A DNA stretch of 64,000 bases from Williopsis jadinii (Eukaryota), in contig AP024664.1 in the NCBI GenBank assembly GCA_024346625.1, positions 3,410,001-3,474,000 of the forward strand, read 5' to 3'. The notes beneath the pieces are model-generated. The model had not been told where the DNA came from. It made no database searches and saw only the letters and a list, made by a program, of their open reading frames with translations. A program made the translations under genes and the position numbers. Positions 21,580-32,511 of this stretch are shown here, in pieces; the first letter of the stretch is position 1, and every line of letters starts with the position of its first letter.

Positions 21580-21810
21580 CTCATCTGGTTGGGAAGATGT
21601 CGCTTGTATTACCGTTTTGGGAATCGCTCACCAAAACATTAGCCACATCGAGAACGGCACATCTATCTAAGATTGGACCCAAACAACGCACGATGTGAGG
21701 AGCCAGCTGGTGTGGAAATGGTTATAAGCCAAGGTGATTGTCGTTCTCAAGGGGAACACAATGCTTTCAATAAATGGTCAGCAATTAGGGAAGAAAACAC
21801 CACGGTAGGA

Positions 21811-23373
21811 ATGGAAATCAACGACGAGGAACTGGAAAAGTCTCACAAGAAGCAGAGACTCCAAAGAGCACGCAGTCCACTAGTTCTGAACTTTTTCACG
21901 CAAAGTTGTTGTAATTCACAACCAGCTGCGTTGTGGAGTTACGCAGGTGATGTATCAAGTGGTTATACTACACTTGAATACTGGCAAAACTTGGCCAAGA
22001 AGGCTGAAGCTGCGAAGATCAATGCGATCTTCATCGCTGATGTTTTGGGGCCATACGACATATACAACGGTCCAAACAACTATTCATATGTTGCTAAAGC
22101 CGGTACTCAGTTCCCAGGTATCGACCCTTCGATCCCAATTGCTGCAATGGCTGCAGTGACAAAGAGTGTTGGTTTCGGAATCACCTTTAGTACCATCAGT
22201 GAACACCCTTACTTGCTCGCTAGAAAGCTTGCTACACTGGACCAAATGACAGGAGGTCGTGTTGGTTGGAACATTGTCAGTTCATATCTTCACAGTGCCT
22301 CTAGAAACTTGTTGAATGGTGTTCCATTGCCAAACAAGTTGGGGAGATACGAGAAGACCGATGAGTACGTCTCAGTCGTTGCTGAGCTACTATTATCGAG
22401 TTTTAGAGAGGATGCTTTGAAGGCTGACGTCAAGACGAAAACTTTTATTGATCCTGAATTGGTTCGTCCAATTGACTTCGAGGGCGAATGGTATAAGGTT
22501 CCCGGCCCAGCGTACACTTCTCCTTCGCCTCAGGGAATCCCAGTCTTGTTTGAAGCAGGCACTTCCAAAGGTGGTGTTGAATTGGCTTCAAAATGGTCTG
22601 AAGTTGCCTTCTCAACTGGTCCCACACCAGCGTTGCTTCGCGTCAAGACAGATCGTATTAGAGAGTGTGCATTCAATAGATATGGAAGGGATCCTGAGAG
22701 TGTTAAGGTCTTAGTGTTTGTGATGGTTATCGTGGCAGAAACTGAGGAAAAGGCCTGGGAAAAGTTCAACAGATACGCTGACGCTGCTGATCCAGAGGCC
22801 GCTCTTGCCATGGTTGGTGGTTGGACAACGTCTGATCTGTCAGGCTACGATGACGATTTCGACTTGCTCCAAACTGACAATCCTGTGCACCGTGGAATTG
22901 TGAAGCACTTCTGTCCAGTAATCGCCGACAAGGGTCCAATCACAAAGAAGGATCTTGGTAGACACGTCTCTGTTAAGGGAACAACGGATTTGATCATCGG
23001 ATCTGTTGATCAAGTTGTTCAAACGCTTGTAGACTATGTTGAAATCGGTGGTGCTGACGGCTTCAACTTTGCTCCAGCTGTGAACCCAGATTCTTATGAT
23101 GATCTCATTGACTATGTGCTTCCAAAATTGAGAGAGAAAGGTCTCTTCTGGGAAGATTATCCAGTCCCAGGTGGAACTTTCAGAGAAAACTTGAAAGGTG
23201 TCCAAGGTGCAAGCCACCTATCTAAAGACCACCCTGCTCATGGATACAGATGGACTGAGGATCTCTCTAGAAAGGAGTTCGAAAGCAACTTTGCAGAATA
23301 CAAAAAGGAGTTGCGCGAGAAGCAAGGTGATGCTTATGATCAAAGTGTCAATAACGGTGACAACGCCAAATAA
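21811..23373 (+). CDS. NtaA/SnaA/DszA-family monooxygenase, copy 2
   Basis: Collinear with copy 1. ATG 21811 chosen by alignment; an in-frame ATG also exists at 21718. Confidence 0.9.
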   Translation: MEINDEELEKSHKKQRLQRARSPLVLNFFTQSCCNSQPAALWSYAGDVSSGYTTLEYWQNLAKKAEAAKINAIFIADVLGPYDIYNGPNNYSYVAKAGTQFPGIDPSIPIAAMAAVTKSVGFGITFSTISEHPYLLARKLATLDQMTGGRVGWNIVSSYLHSASRNLLNGVPLPNKLGRYEKTDEYVSVVAELLLSSFREDALKADVKTKTFIDPELVRPIDFEGEWYKVPGPAYTSPSPQGIPVLFEAGTSKGGVELASKWSEVAFSTGPTPALLRVKTDRIRECAFNRYGRDPESVKVLVFVMVIVAETEEKAWEKFNRYADAADPEAALAMVGGWTTSDLSGYDDDFDLLQTDNPVHRGIVKHFCPVIADKGPITKKDLGRHVSVKGTTDLIIGSVDQVVQTLVDYVEIGGADGFNFAPAVNPDSYDDLIDYVLPKLREKGLFWEDYPVPGGTFRENLKGVQGASHLSKDHPAHGYRWTEDLSRKEFESNFAEYKKELREKQGDAYDQSVNNGDNAK

Positions 23374-23744
23374 AAGAAAACATCTATATATAGTATGGAA
23401 AGAAAAAGAATGTATGCCAGTCTACTATCAAACGACAACCTGTAGGACTCAGTTGCGGTTAGCGAAAACGGCACTTTAGTTAACTCTTGGACAAGCTTGA
23501 CCCCATTAACAACATCAGCTTTTACGTGGGGTCCAGGGAAGGTGAGTAAACCCATTGACAATTCTCATCAGAACGATGAAAACATCAGAAGTTAATACTC
23601 GGTTTCCCCTACTAATTCGATGCCAAAAAGAGATTGAGAAGCCAATGTTTGTCCTTGTAGTTTTGAAAAGATTTCGTTAGAGGAAGGAAAAGTTTTCAGG
23701 GAAAAAAAAAAAACTTTATGGTGATGAGCACACAGGGGAGTTTC

Positions 23745-23808
23745 ACCTGGACACCTATTAACCCGCACACCCAATAACCTGGACACCCAGTAACCCGGAC
23801 ACCCATCA
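23745..23808. repeat. 16-bp tandem repeat x4 (approx. ACCYGGACACCCANTA)
   Basis: Units acctggacacctatta / acccgcacacccaata / acctggacacccagta / acccggacacccatca, upstream of USE1. Confidence 0.8.
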
Positions 23809-23902
23809 ACTGTTATACCTCCATTGAATTCGAACAGGTTTCCCATACAATTGTCTCTTGATGGAGTGCCAGCGTTGTTCCTCGAGGCCATTAAAGAGAC
23901 AA

Positions 23903-24631
23903 ATGACCAATACTGCCCTTATTTCACATCAGCTTCATGAGTTCAAGGCCCAGGTTGATCATTCAAACGATGATAAAGCAGCATACGCCAACTATCTCCT
24001 CTGTAAGCAACACCTGTCCACGCTCAAGTCCATACGGATACGTCTGGTGGAATCCAAGAAGGATGAGAAAGTAAACGATCTTTTGGAACAGTATGCCAAT
24101 TCCATAGAACAAGTGCAGCTTCCAAGTATTCTTCTCTTGGAATCGACTCTCGCAACTGATAAGAAGAAAAGAAATCAACGGTTGTCTGTTGACCTACACG
24201 CAGTTGGACTTGAACCTGTTGACGAGCTGGTTGGCTCCAGCGCAGTGGAAGACGATGAGAACCTGACCCAACTGAAGCAGAGGTTAACAGATGGAAGATC
24301 ACACACCACTAAGAGACAGCTGTCTATGGATGAGGAACTTCATGAAGAGGAGGCTAAGCAGGACGACATCCTCAAGGACATGCTCCAGTTTGTCCAGGGC
24401 TTAAAAGAAGGTGCCAATGCATTCAACGACAAGCTCAACGAGGAGAAAGATATCCTCAAAGCTGCTGAGGCTGGATTGCAGGTAACTCATAAAAAGATCA
24501 ATAAATCTACAAAAAACCTTGCAAAGACCATCAACGAGCTATCCCTGTTTACAGCGTTGAAGATCTTCGCCCTGGTGATTCTACTATTTTTGTTTTCAAT
24601 CATTGTGATTTCCATTCTTCCAAAGCTATAA
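23903..24631 (+). CDS. USE1: ER Qc-SNARE Use1/Slt1
   Basis: Coiled coil (QDDILKDMLQFVQGLKEGANAFNDKLNEEKDIL) and C-terminal TM anchor. Start could alternatively be ATG 23861. Confidence 0.75.
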   Translation: MTNTALISHQLHEFKAQVDHSNDDKAAYANYLLCKQHLSTLKSIRIRLVESKKDEKVNDLLEQYANSIEQVQLPSILLLESTLATDKKKRNQRLSVDLHAVGLEPVDELVGSSAVEDDENLTQLKQRLTDGRSHTTKRQLSMDEELHEEEAKQDDILKDMLQFVQGLKEGANAFNDKLNEEKDILKAAEAGLQVTHKKINKSTKNLAKTINELSLFTALKIFALVILLFLFSIIVISILPKL

Positions 24632-24663
24632 TACACGACAGACATTTCTTTTTGTCCAGTATT

Positions 24664-26742
24664 TTAGACAATAGGACCTTCCTTGTACATTTCATCAATC
24701 ACCGACTGGAAGTGCTTCTGAGCGTTGTTTCTCTTCAACTTCATTGTTGGAGTGATTGTCTCATCATCCACTTTGAATGGATCAACAGCCAAATATACAT
24801 TCTTAATCTTCTCAAACGAGAACAAGCCACAGTGATCAACGTTCTTGTTCAATTCACCGATAATGAACTTTCTGAACTCCAAATCATTCAGTCTCTGCAG
24901 AAGTTGTTCATGGGTTTTGATCTTGGTGTAGGTCTTCGACTGTTGACACAACTTCAACAGGTCTGGCTCCTCGATACCGACAATACCAACCAGATAGTTC
25001 TGGAAACTGTCACCGTATGCAAAGAATTGAGATGTGAATGAGTTGTTAGCAAGGTAGAAGTTTTCAATCTTCTCCGCAGCGATGTATTCACCTTGGGCTA
25101 ATTTGAAAAAGTTCTTCACACGATCAATGATTGCAATACGGCCACCTTCATCAATTTGGGCAATGTCACCAGTACTGAACCAACCTTCTGCATCCACAGC
25201 TTGGGAAGTGGCCTCTGGGTTCTTGAAATAAGTGCTAAACACCTGTGGACCTCTAAGTAACAACTCACCTGATCTATTCTCCTTGTACGTGTAGTTCAAA
25301 TCCGGCAAGTTTCTCAACTTGAACTCTGCGGTGACACCAATGGCACCAGTTCTAGATGTGTCCTTTGCATGCTTTGTAGTGATGGCGATACCACCAAATG
25401 TCTCTGAAGAACCATAACCTTGGAAGAACCCAGAGTTCAAAACTTTACGAAGATAAAAGATGGAGTCACCAGACAATGGGGAGCCACCAGAGATGAGGAA
25501 GTCCAACTTACCGAACCCAATTTGTTCTCTAATCTTGTTAAGAACCAACGGTTGTAAGATCTTGACCAAGAACGAATCGTCGTCGTGCTTCAATTTGTAA
25601 TCGACGGCGAATCTAACCAACCAACCTTTGAATCCAGGCATTGTCTTGATCTTGTCCTTCAATCCGCTCTCGATTCTGTTATAGAGTCTTGGGACAGAGG
25701 ACATATGTGTTGGTTTCAACAACTTGATGTCCTCCATGAAGGATCTTGGATTCTCTGGGTTATGAGGGAATCCAATTGCAGCACCTTGACTGAGCTCGTA
25801 AATGATTTTGAAACGTTCATAGACATGGGCCAGAGGCAAGAACACCAATGAGACCGGTTCCTTTGGAATTGGAACATGGGCAAATAGGAAAGTATCAGCT
25901 GCAACGATATGAGAATGTCTCAACTCGACACCCTTTGGAACACCGGTGGTACCTGAGGTGAAGGATATGGTGTACAAGGTGTCAGGTGTTGGAATTCTGT
26001 GAGGCTTCGGGTTCTTTGTACCAATGTCCAGAGCAGTGGCATAATCAATCAACTCGATACCTTGGTCCTTCGCAGTTTTGACCAGCTCTTCGTCGTCAGC
26101 GGTCAGTGATTCGATAGAGATCATAATCTTGAGGAAAGGGGTGTGAGCCTCAAACACTTTTTGGATTTTGTTCTTTGAGAGAAGCACAATTGGGGACTCT
26201 GTCAACTTGAGGATATATTCAGTAGACTCGTGTCCCAAAGTATCGTATAACGGAGTGTTTGGGATGGAGTAGGCATGGCACGCCAAATCGGCAACAATCC
26301 ATTCAGGCTTGTTTGCGGAGAACAGCGTAAGCACAAAGTTCTCCAGATCAGCATCAGGGGCATACTTCTCGACCAAGTGCATCATAGCGGATCCGAACTT
26401 GGTTCTATTGGCGGCCAATTGGTCATAGGTGTCCCAAGAGTAATACTCGTTGAACTTGCCGGTCTTTGGATTAAACTCTCTGTGGCCAATGGACTTGTTC
26501 TTACCAAAGAGCTTGACCGACTGCTCGAAGAAGTCGTAGAAGGTCAAGAGGGAGTCATGGAGGTAACCGACTGGCTCGCCACCTTTCAAATAACCGTTTC
26601 TGAAGATTGGAGAGAACTCTTCAGTCTCTGTACCCGGAACAGGGTCGGAATGGTCGTGCAAGTCGAAAGGCAACGCAAGACGTGGAATGAGGTCCTTAAG
26701 GCCGTGGACCTTATCGTAGTCAGGCAATGGTAAGTGCGGCAT
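24664..26742 (-). CDS. FAA2: Long/medium-chain fatty acyl-CoA synthetase (Faa2-like)
   Basis: ATG at 26742. AMP-binding motifs ISFTSGTTGVPKGV, FLPLAHVYER, GYGSSET, GWFSTGDI and IDRVKNFFKLAQGEYI. Confidence 0.8.
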   Translation of the reverse strand: MPHLPLPDYDKVHGLKDLIPRLALPFDLHDHSDPVPGTETEEFSPIFRNGYLKGGEPVGYLHDSLLTFYDFFEQSVKLFGKNKSIGHREFNPKTGKFNEYYSWDTYDQLAANRTKFGSAMMHLVEKYAPDADLENFVLTLFSANKPEWIVADLACHAYSIPNTPLYDTLGHESTEYILKLTESPIVLLSKNKIQKVFEAHTPFLKIMISIESLTADDEELVKTAKDQGIELIDYATALDIGTKNPKPHRIPTPDTLYTISFTSGTTGVPKGVELRHSHIVAADTFLFAHVPIPKEPVSLVFLPLAHVYERFKIIYELSQGAAIGFPHNPENPRSFMEDIKLLKPTHMSSVPRLYNRIESGLKDKIKTMPGFKGWLVRFAVDYKLKHDDDSFLVKILQPLVLNKIREQIGFGKLDFLISGGSPLSGDSIFYLRKVLNSGFFQGYGSSETFGGIAITTKHAKDTSRTGAIGVTAEFKLRNLPDLNYTYKENRSGELLLRGPQVFSTYFKNPEATSQAVDAEGWFSTGDIAQIDEGGRIAIIDRVKNFFKLAQGEYIAAEKIENFYLANNSFTSQFFAYGDSFQNYLVGIVGIEEPDLLKLCQQSKTYTKIKTHEQLLQRLNDLEFRKFIIGELNKNVDHCGLFSFEKIKNVYLAVDPFKVDDETITPTMKLKRNNAQKHFQSVIDEMYKEGPIV

Positions 26743-28176
26743 TGTTCCGAGTATAAAACTTTGATTAAACAAAAGAAGAAACGGTGATGATGTTTATGTT
26801 TCTTCTGTTTGTGTTTTTGGTTTTTGGCGCTTTCCTCGGCTTTTTCTATGTGAATTTTGGCCGTTGCAAGTTTTGGGACATTTTTTTTCCTTCGCCATGC
26901 ATCGCAGGTCTGCCTTGAGGGGATAAATTTTTGGGACAAGATGTCTAGGGAAGTATGGGACATTTTTTGGTTTGCCCGAGACATTTTCCTTCAGTAGCAG
27001 TATGTTTTTGTCGTTCAACGTTGCTTTTGTTTTTCCGCTGGTCGCAATCCAGTCCAGTTTCAAGTCCGTTTGTTAAAACTGGACATGTGAAGCAGGGCGG
27101 GCCTGCAAAAAATGGAACATGATGATGAATTAGAGCAGTGGTTATCAGCAACCTGAAAACGACCAACTTTGCGTTGTTGGTCTGGATAAAGTAATCACAG
27201 ATGGAGTACAATGGGGTGATTGTTCTACGGCCAAGAAGGTCACGACACAAACTTAATACACTGGGCAAACTAGACAAATGATCAACGAAAGCTGTGTAAA
27301 TTGTGGAGAACGATGTGTTGGGCTGGCTAGAAATGTTTGTCCTGAACATCCACATTAACGCCGGTTCTCAAGGGTTTGATCTCTGTGTTTGTCCGCGGCC
27401 CTCCAAAGGTTCAGAGATGGTCCTCCTTGTGTGTACGTTCGGCGGTAGAGTTCAGATCATGTTCTATATCCTGTGTATTCTCCACGTTATTCGCAGCTAG
27501 GTCGTTGTAGATATTCAGCGCTGTACAGTTTACACTTTTAGTCTTAATCGGCTTTGACAGGCACACCATACTGGTTTTCAAATACCCGTGATTGGGACTG
27601 TATCCGTCTTGTAGTGCTGGTAAGCGTACGAACAGCGCTCCTACTCCTGGTGTTTACACTTACCTCAAGGTGTTTGGGAATTGGTGTCAAGTCTTTGGGG
27701 ACTCTACCTTAATCATCGCTGCGACTATCCTGATGTTTAGGTGGTGGGAACGTGTAGTCAACTGTCATATATTGAACACCGTAAAGGAAAATGAACAAAA
27801 TGAACAAATATGAGACACGAAGGTGTCAGTCAATCTGACAATGTGACCATATGACTATGGCACGGGCCACCAGCTAAGTGTGCTGCATCGTTATTGATCA
27901 TTGATCCCTCCATTTGTCGCTCATGTTTGCCGATGTCCAATTGGTTCTGTTCTCCTTAACGCGGGATTCCACTATTTTTGTCCTTTTGACTTGTTTGGCT
28001 TATTTTGTTTCTCTCCTCTTTCGCCAATTTCTGATTATGTTTCTTAGTTCGGTGGACATATCCCAACTGGGATTGATCACCGTGACAAAAACATGGTGGA
28101 TCAAAAAAATTAGTCTTGATCTACAGCGAATACAAGTAAATAATTCATTCGAAGAGAAGGCAACTCCTCAACAACC

Positions 28177-30447
28177 ATGAATGAGGAACAGTATATGCAG
28201 TCGCAACAGGTATGTGGTCATGGTCATACAACACTCAGAACAGAACAATATGACTAACAACTTCGTCAGACTGCGTACGTCCTAAAAAAATCAAAACGTC
28301 AAAGAGTTGATACCGATGGATCCCTCATATCAGGTGAAGCAAAGCCTTATAGTCTGAATGGAACACCTTTTCTGCAACTATTCAAGGGTGATGAGCCTAA
28401 AGAGTACACAGCGTTACGTTACAGTACTTTCCAATCAAGGAAAACATATCAAGATACCAAATTGAAATCAACATTAAGTTCCTTAACGCTCTTATCCTCG
28501 AATGATATTGAGGCAATTGTTGCCAATCCACTGGGTGAGACTATGGACACATGTGTATTATTATCAAATTCGAGCATTTCAACAAGTTTGGTTTTCCTAT
28601 CACAGCTGACCACCCACCTCACTGCAAATAACAACTACAAAGTCGTTACGATAAACTCAAAGGAATCAAGAACAATGAGATCGACATTGAAGGCCATAGT
28701 GAAGGGCATAACGGGAGATGCAGACTCAAATGTACAAGCGATAGAGAATTTCCAAAAGGACCAGCTTATTGATCTTGATGATTTTGATGATTTTAACGAT
28801 GACGAAGAAGATGAAGACGAGATCAAGACATTCGATAGAAGACATCCATGGGATCTGGACATTGCCCAGGAATGGTGCGATCTCGTGTGGAAAAAGAATG
28901 GGAACAACATCCATACTTCACAATTACGTATAGTGCTTGTTATCGAAGATATTGAATCGTTCAATCTGTCTTTGCTTAATGCTTTGCTGAGGCTATTACA
29001 TTCATATTCGGACAGATTGCCTCTGAAGTTGATATTCAACGTTGGGACAAACATCAAGACGTTTTCTCAGAAGCTATCACATGATGTACTACATATGATG
29101 ACATTCCATAGGTTCAACATCGAACAAACTGATCAAATCATCAACAGAGTCGTTTCAGACCTGGTTGTACCAGATACACTGCTACTGGATGAGGAGTTAG
29201 CGGGGTTTATCCTACGCAGATTCAAGGGTTCAGTTAAAAACGTTGGTGATTTCATGAACACCATTACGTACGCTAACATGACTCATTTCTTTGCAAATCC
29301 ACTGTCAATCATACCATTCCTTGGTGAAGAACAACTGATGGAACTCCCCACGCCATACTTGAATGCGTTAAGAACATTACCATCATTCAGGAAATATATC
29401 AGCTCATTGGTAGACTCAGCAAATGACAACTCAAAGCTGAAATCGTTGCTGCAGAGTGATGATGCCACTAGACAACTGCTTATAAAGTCCATCAAGTCCT
29501 TTAAAATCTATACACATTGCCTGAAATCTGTGTTTTGGCTATTCACTGAGGTTATCGGCAAAAGAACGTTCAGAACAGGCATGACCCATCTCGAAATATA
29601 CTGCAAACTGACCAGTAGAGATAGTCTCATCTCTAAACAACTTGTTAGTGAACTCTTGCTAAAATTGGATTCAATCACTGTTGAAGATTTAAAGGACATC
29701 TTTGCTGAAATTGAACAGGAATCACATGACAATGACTTCCTCCATGGTTTGTTCTTCAAGTTGAAGACACATGTCGATTTCAACTCACTCGATGGATTCA
29801 GAGGCAGCTCGTATGCTGAGAAGATGAACTTCAAGATTGAATCCCGTAAGCTTGTGAAGCTGTTCATCTCAATCTTGAGCGATTTCCTCAAGAGCAACAT
29901 CGAGAATCCCTATCACATAACGTTCCATGAGCTATTCACGCTTTCAGATGTGGACGTCGTTAAACAGAACCTGGTCCCATCGACCAAAAATGACATTATG
30001 GAGGCACTTATCAACCCAGAAGCCTACTTGGAAGGCTCGTGTACTGGCCATGAAGTGTTGGACCGTCTAAACAATTCCATGGAACCCGTTATCTCGACCA
30101 TGTTCACAATATACAGAGAGACCACGCTGGACTTGAACATTTACGACTACTACGCGGTGTTCAAGAGTTCTCTCCCAAAGGATGAAATCATGCGTGACCT
30201 TGAGCTCATTCTCGACGACGAGTCCAATATACTTGAATCGTATCTGTCTGATGAGTTAAGATTCAAGTACATCTACCAATTCTTCAACGACAAGAATATA
30301 CCCACGGAGTTGAAATGGGACAAGCTGACCCTGACTTTCTTCCTTCAAAAGTGTGAAGAACTGGTCTATTGTGGGTTCTTTAAACAGAAACTACACGCAA
30401 AGAAGAAAGCTGGCTCGTTGGAAAAGGCCGTCTGGAAGGATGTCTAA
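28177..30447 (+). CDS. ORC3: Origin recognition complex subunit 3; exons 28177-28209 and 28270-30447
   Basis: Intron GTATGT..GACTAAC..CAG keeps frame with the 28462 ORF. Motifs PFLQLFKGDE..RY, YANMTHFFANPLS, FHELFT, LNIYDYY and LEKAVWK. Confidence 0.85.
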
Positions 30448-30486
30448 GCTGGCATAACATAGACAGAATAATATAGGGGTCTGTGC

Positions 30487-32184
30487 TCAAGGCACCGTTG
30501 CATAATCGTTCACGTTCTTGATGTACTCGTAGATGAATCCAATTCCGTAGAGATGGCTGCTCATCAGCTGATACTCATTCACGCTGTGAATGCGGGACTT
30601 CTGGGCCCCTGGGTCGGACATAGAGAACCGATAGATGTTCTCAGTGAGATTCCAATACTGGCACGTATCGGTGTTACCCATCATCAAATTACCTGTCACC
30701 ACTGCTGGTGGCCCCTCAGGGTCGATGTAATCTTCAACAATATGTTTAATCGAACCTGAGAAGATATCCCAGGTCTCGCCTGAAGTTGGCGAGACAGGAG
30801 CTGGCTCCAACTGTCTATCCCAAGTTATCTGAAAGACACCATCAGCAGTACGGCTAACTATCTCATCATCTCCAAGCACGACGCCCAAGTTGAACGCCTC
30901 GGCAACTCTCAGCACGTTATCTAAGATCTTCGTGGTGGTTTCGTTCCACGAGGATCCAACATTGATACGGTGGTCAACAACTAATGACGAATACTCCGGC
31001 AAAGCATTCTCCTTCACCCCGCCCTTAATGATGTCGATAGCCTGTGTGGTCTTGATGTTGAACTCTGTCTCTCTCGAGCTTGATAGGTACTGCACCACCT
31101 TTCTCTTTGCCAGAGAGCTCTTATGAGCACCCAGTATACACTTCTTCAGCATCCCGGTAAACGTATTGGTATACTTGGCAACACATTGCAGCCTGGTGAG
31201 TGTCGGGTTCTCCTCTGCCAGCTCATAGCCAAAAGGACTAGACTCGATCTCGTCAATGAGCTTGGCCATGATGCCAATGTTGGTATGAGGAGGTGGCACT
31301 GAAGAGTGTCCACCAGGAGTAGTCAACGAGATGGTCAACGCAGTGGCTCCCTTCTCTGCAACAGAGGGAAACGCAAACACTCTCCCATCAATCTTCGTGA
31401 GGGACGAGCCTTCATCCACGAGGGAGTAGAAGGAGTTCTCACCATACCGCCCTTGCAAGAGTTGTGCAATGTGATAAGCGCCATTCCCGGCACTCTCCTC
31501 ATCGTAGCCAAACCCAACCACTATGGACCTCAACGGCTGGTACTGCTCCTTGAGCAGTTTCTCCAGCGCCTCCAAGATGTCCATGAGCATCGACTTATCG
31601 TCTGAAGCGCCTCGTCCCCAGACCCTTTCACCGTCGTAGTGGCCGCTGAACGGCTCGTACTTCCAAAGCTTGCGAGTCTCTGGCTCCACTGGCACAACGT
31701 CCATGTGTGCTGTGAGCAGCATGGGCTTCAGCAAGGGATTCGACCCTGTCCACGTGTACAGGAGGCCGACCTCGTTCACTTTCTCCACTGTGAGACTCGT
31801 GTGGACCAGTGGGAATTGCGCCTCCAGGTACTCATGGACTCGTTTCATGGGCTCCCACACAGCGTCGCCGCCACGGGGCTCAGGCATCTCATCGTAAGAT
31901 ATGGACGGGATCTTCACCACCCCGCCCAGTCTCTGAGCAGTGCTCTGCTTATAGTCCTCATCCTTGAGGATGTACTCCAGCGTGGAGTTATCGTTGATGA
32001 AAGACAAGGGACGTATAGCCTCGCCTAGTGGACACAGCCCGTCCAGGTCTTGTCCCGTGATATCAATCTCCTTGTACAGTTTGTACGGAATGCACGGTGA
32101 TAAGAGCAGCAGCAGGCCTGTTGAGATAAGAGGGAACCATCTTCTCAGGGAGGAACGCTTCGAGTTGGCGTGAGCTCCTTTCAT
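30487..32184 (-). CDS. CPS1: Gly-Xaa carboxypeptidase (M20A), Cps1-like copy A
   Basis: ATG at 32184; N-terminal TM. Motifs TAHMDVVP, GRGASDDK, DEES, GGHSSVPP and IHSVNE. Confidence 0.88.
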   Translation of the reverse strand: MKGAHANSKRSSLRRWFPLISTGLLLLLSPCIPYKLYKEIDITGQDLDGLCPLGEAIRPLSFINDNSTLEYILKDEDYKQSTAQRLGGVVKIPSISYDEMPEPRGGDAVWEPMKRVHEYLEAQFPLVHTSLTVEKVNEVGLLYTWTGSNPLLKPMLLTAHMDVVPVEPETRKLWKYEPFSGHYDGERVWGRGASDDKSMLMDILEALEKLLKEQYQPLRSIVVGFGYDEESAGNGAYHIAQLLQGRYGENSFYSLVDEGSSLTKIDGRVFAFPSVAEKGATALTISLTTPGGHSSVPPPHTNIGIMAKLIDEIESSPFGYELAEENPTLTRLQCVAKYTNTFTGMLKKCILGAHKSSLAKRKVVQYLSSSRETEFNIKTTQAIDIIKGGVKENALPEYSSLVVDHRINVGSSWNETTTKILDNVLRVAEAFNLGVVLGDDEIVSRTADGVFQITWDRQLEPAPVSPTSGETWDIFSGSIKHIVEDYIDPEGPPAVVTGNLMMGNTDTCQYWNLTENIYRFSMSDPGAQKSRIHSVNEYQLMSSHLYGIGFIYEYIKNVNDYATVP

Positions 32185-32511
32185 GTTGATCCTGTTTGGT
32201 GGATTAATGAGTGTTGATGGAAGCAACTGTGAGTGTCAACGAATATCTTGTGGGCTCCTTCCTTCCCCCCCCCCCTTGTGATGGACGTTATCAGAGCCTC
32301 GTGCGATCGGCGCTATCAGCAGTGGGAGCGCAGCACTGATACGGCATGCCCACCAAGGGGGTTCATAAGCCGGTGTACAAGCCCCTGGACAAGCCCTGGG
32401 ATGCTTGGTTGCCTACAGTAGAGATAGCATGCTGAGAGGATGTTTGTATTAGTTCGTGTGGTTTATAGATGGCGCCAATACTGGAACATTAGTGGATGGT
32501 AGGCACATGGA

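Noticed and set aside
11256..23808. Short repeat arrays as CRISPR-like loci
   Set aside because: Eukaryotic context; the units are contiguous without unique spacers and there are no cas genes.
27119..27185. Possible C/D snoRNA (ATGATGA..CTGA followed by a 7-bp hairpin)
   Set aside because: Boxes too close together, no terminal stem, and no rRNA guide identifiable by eye.
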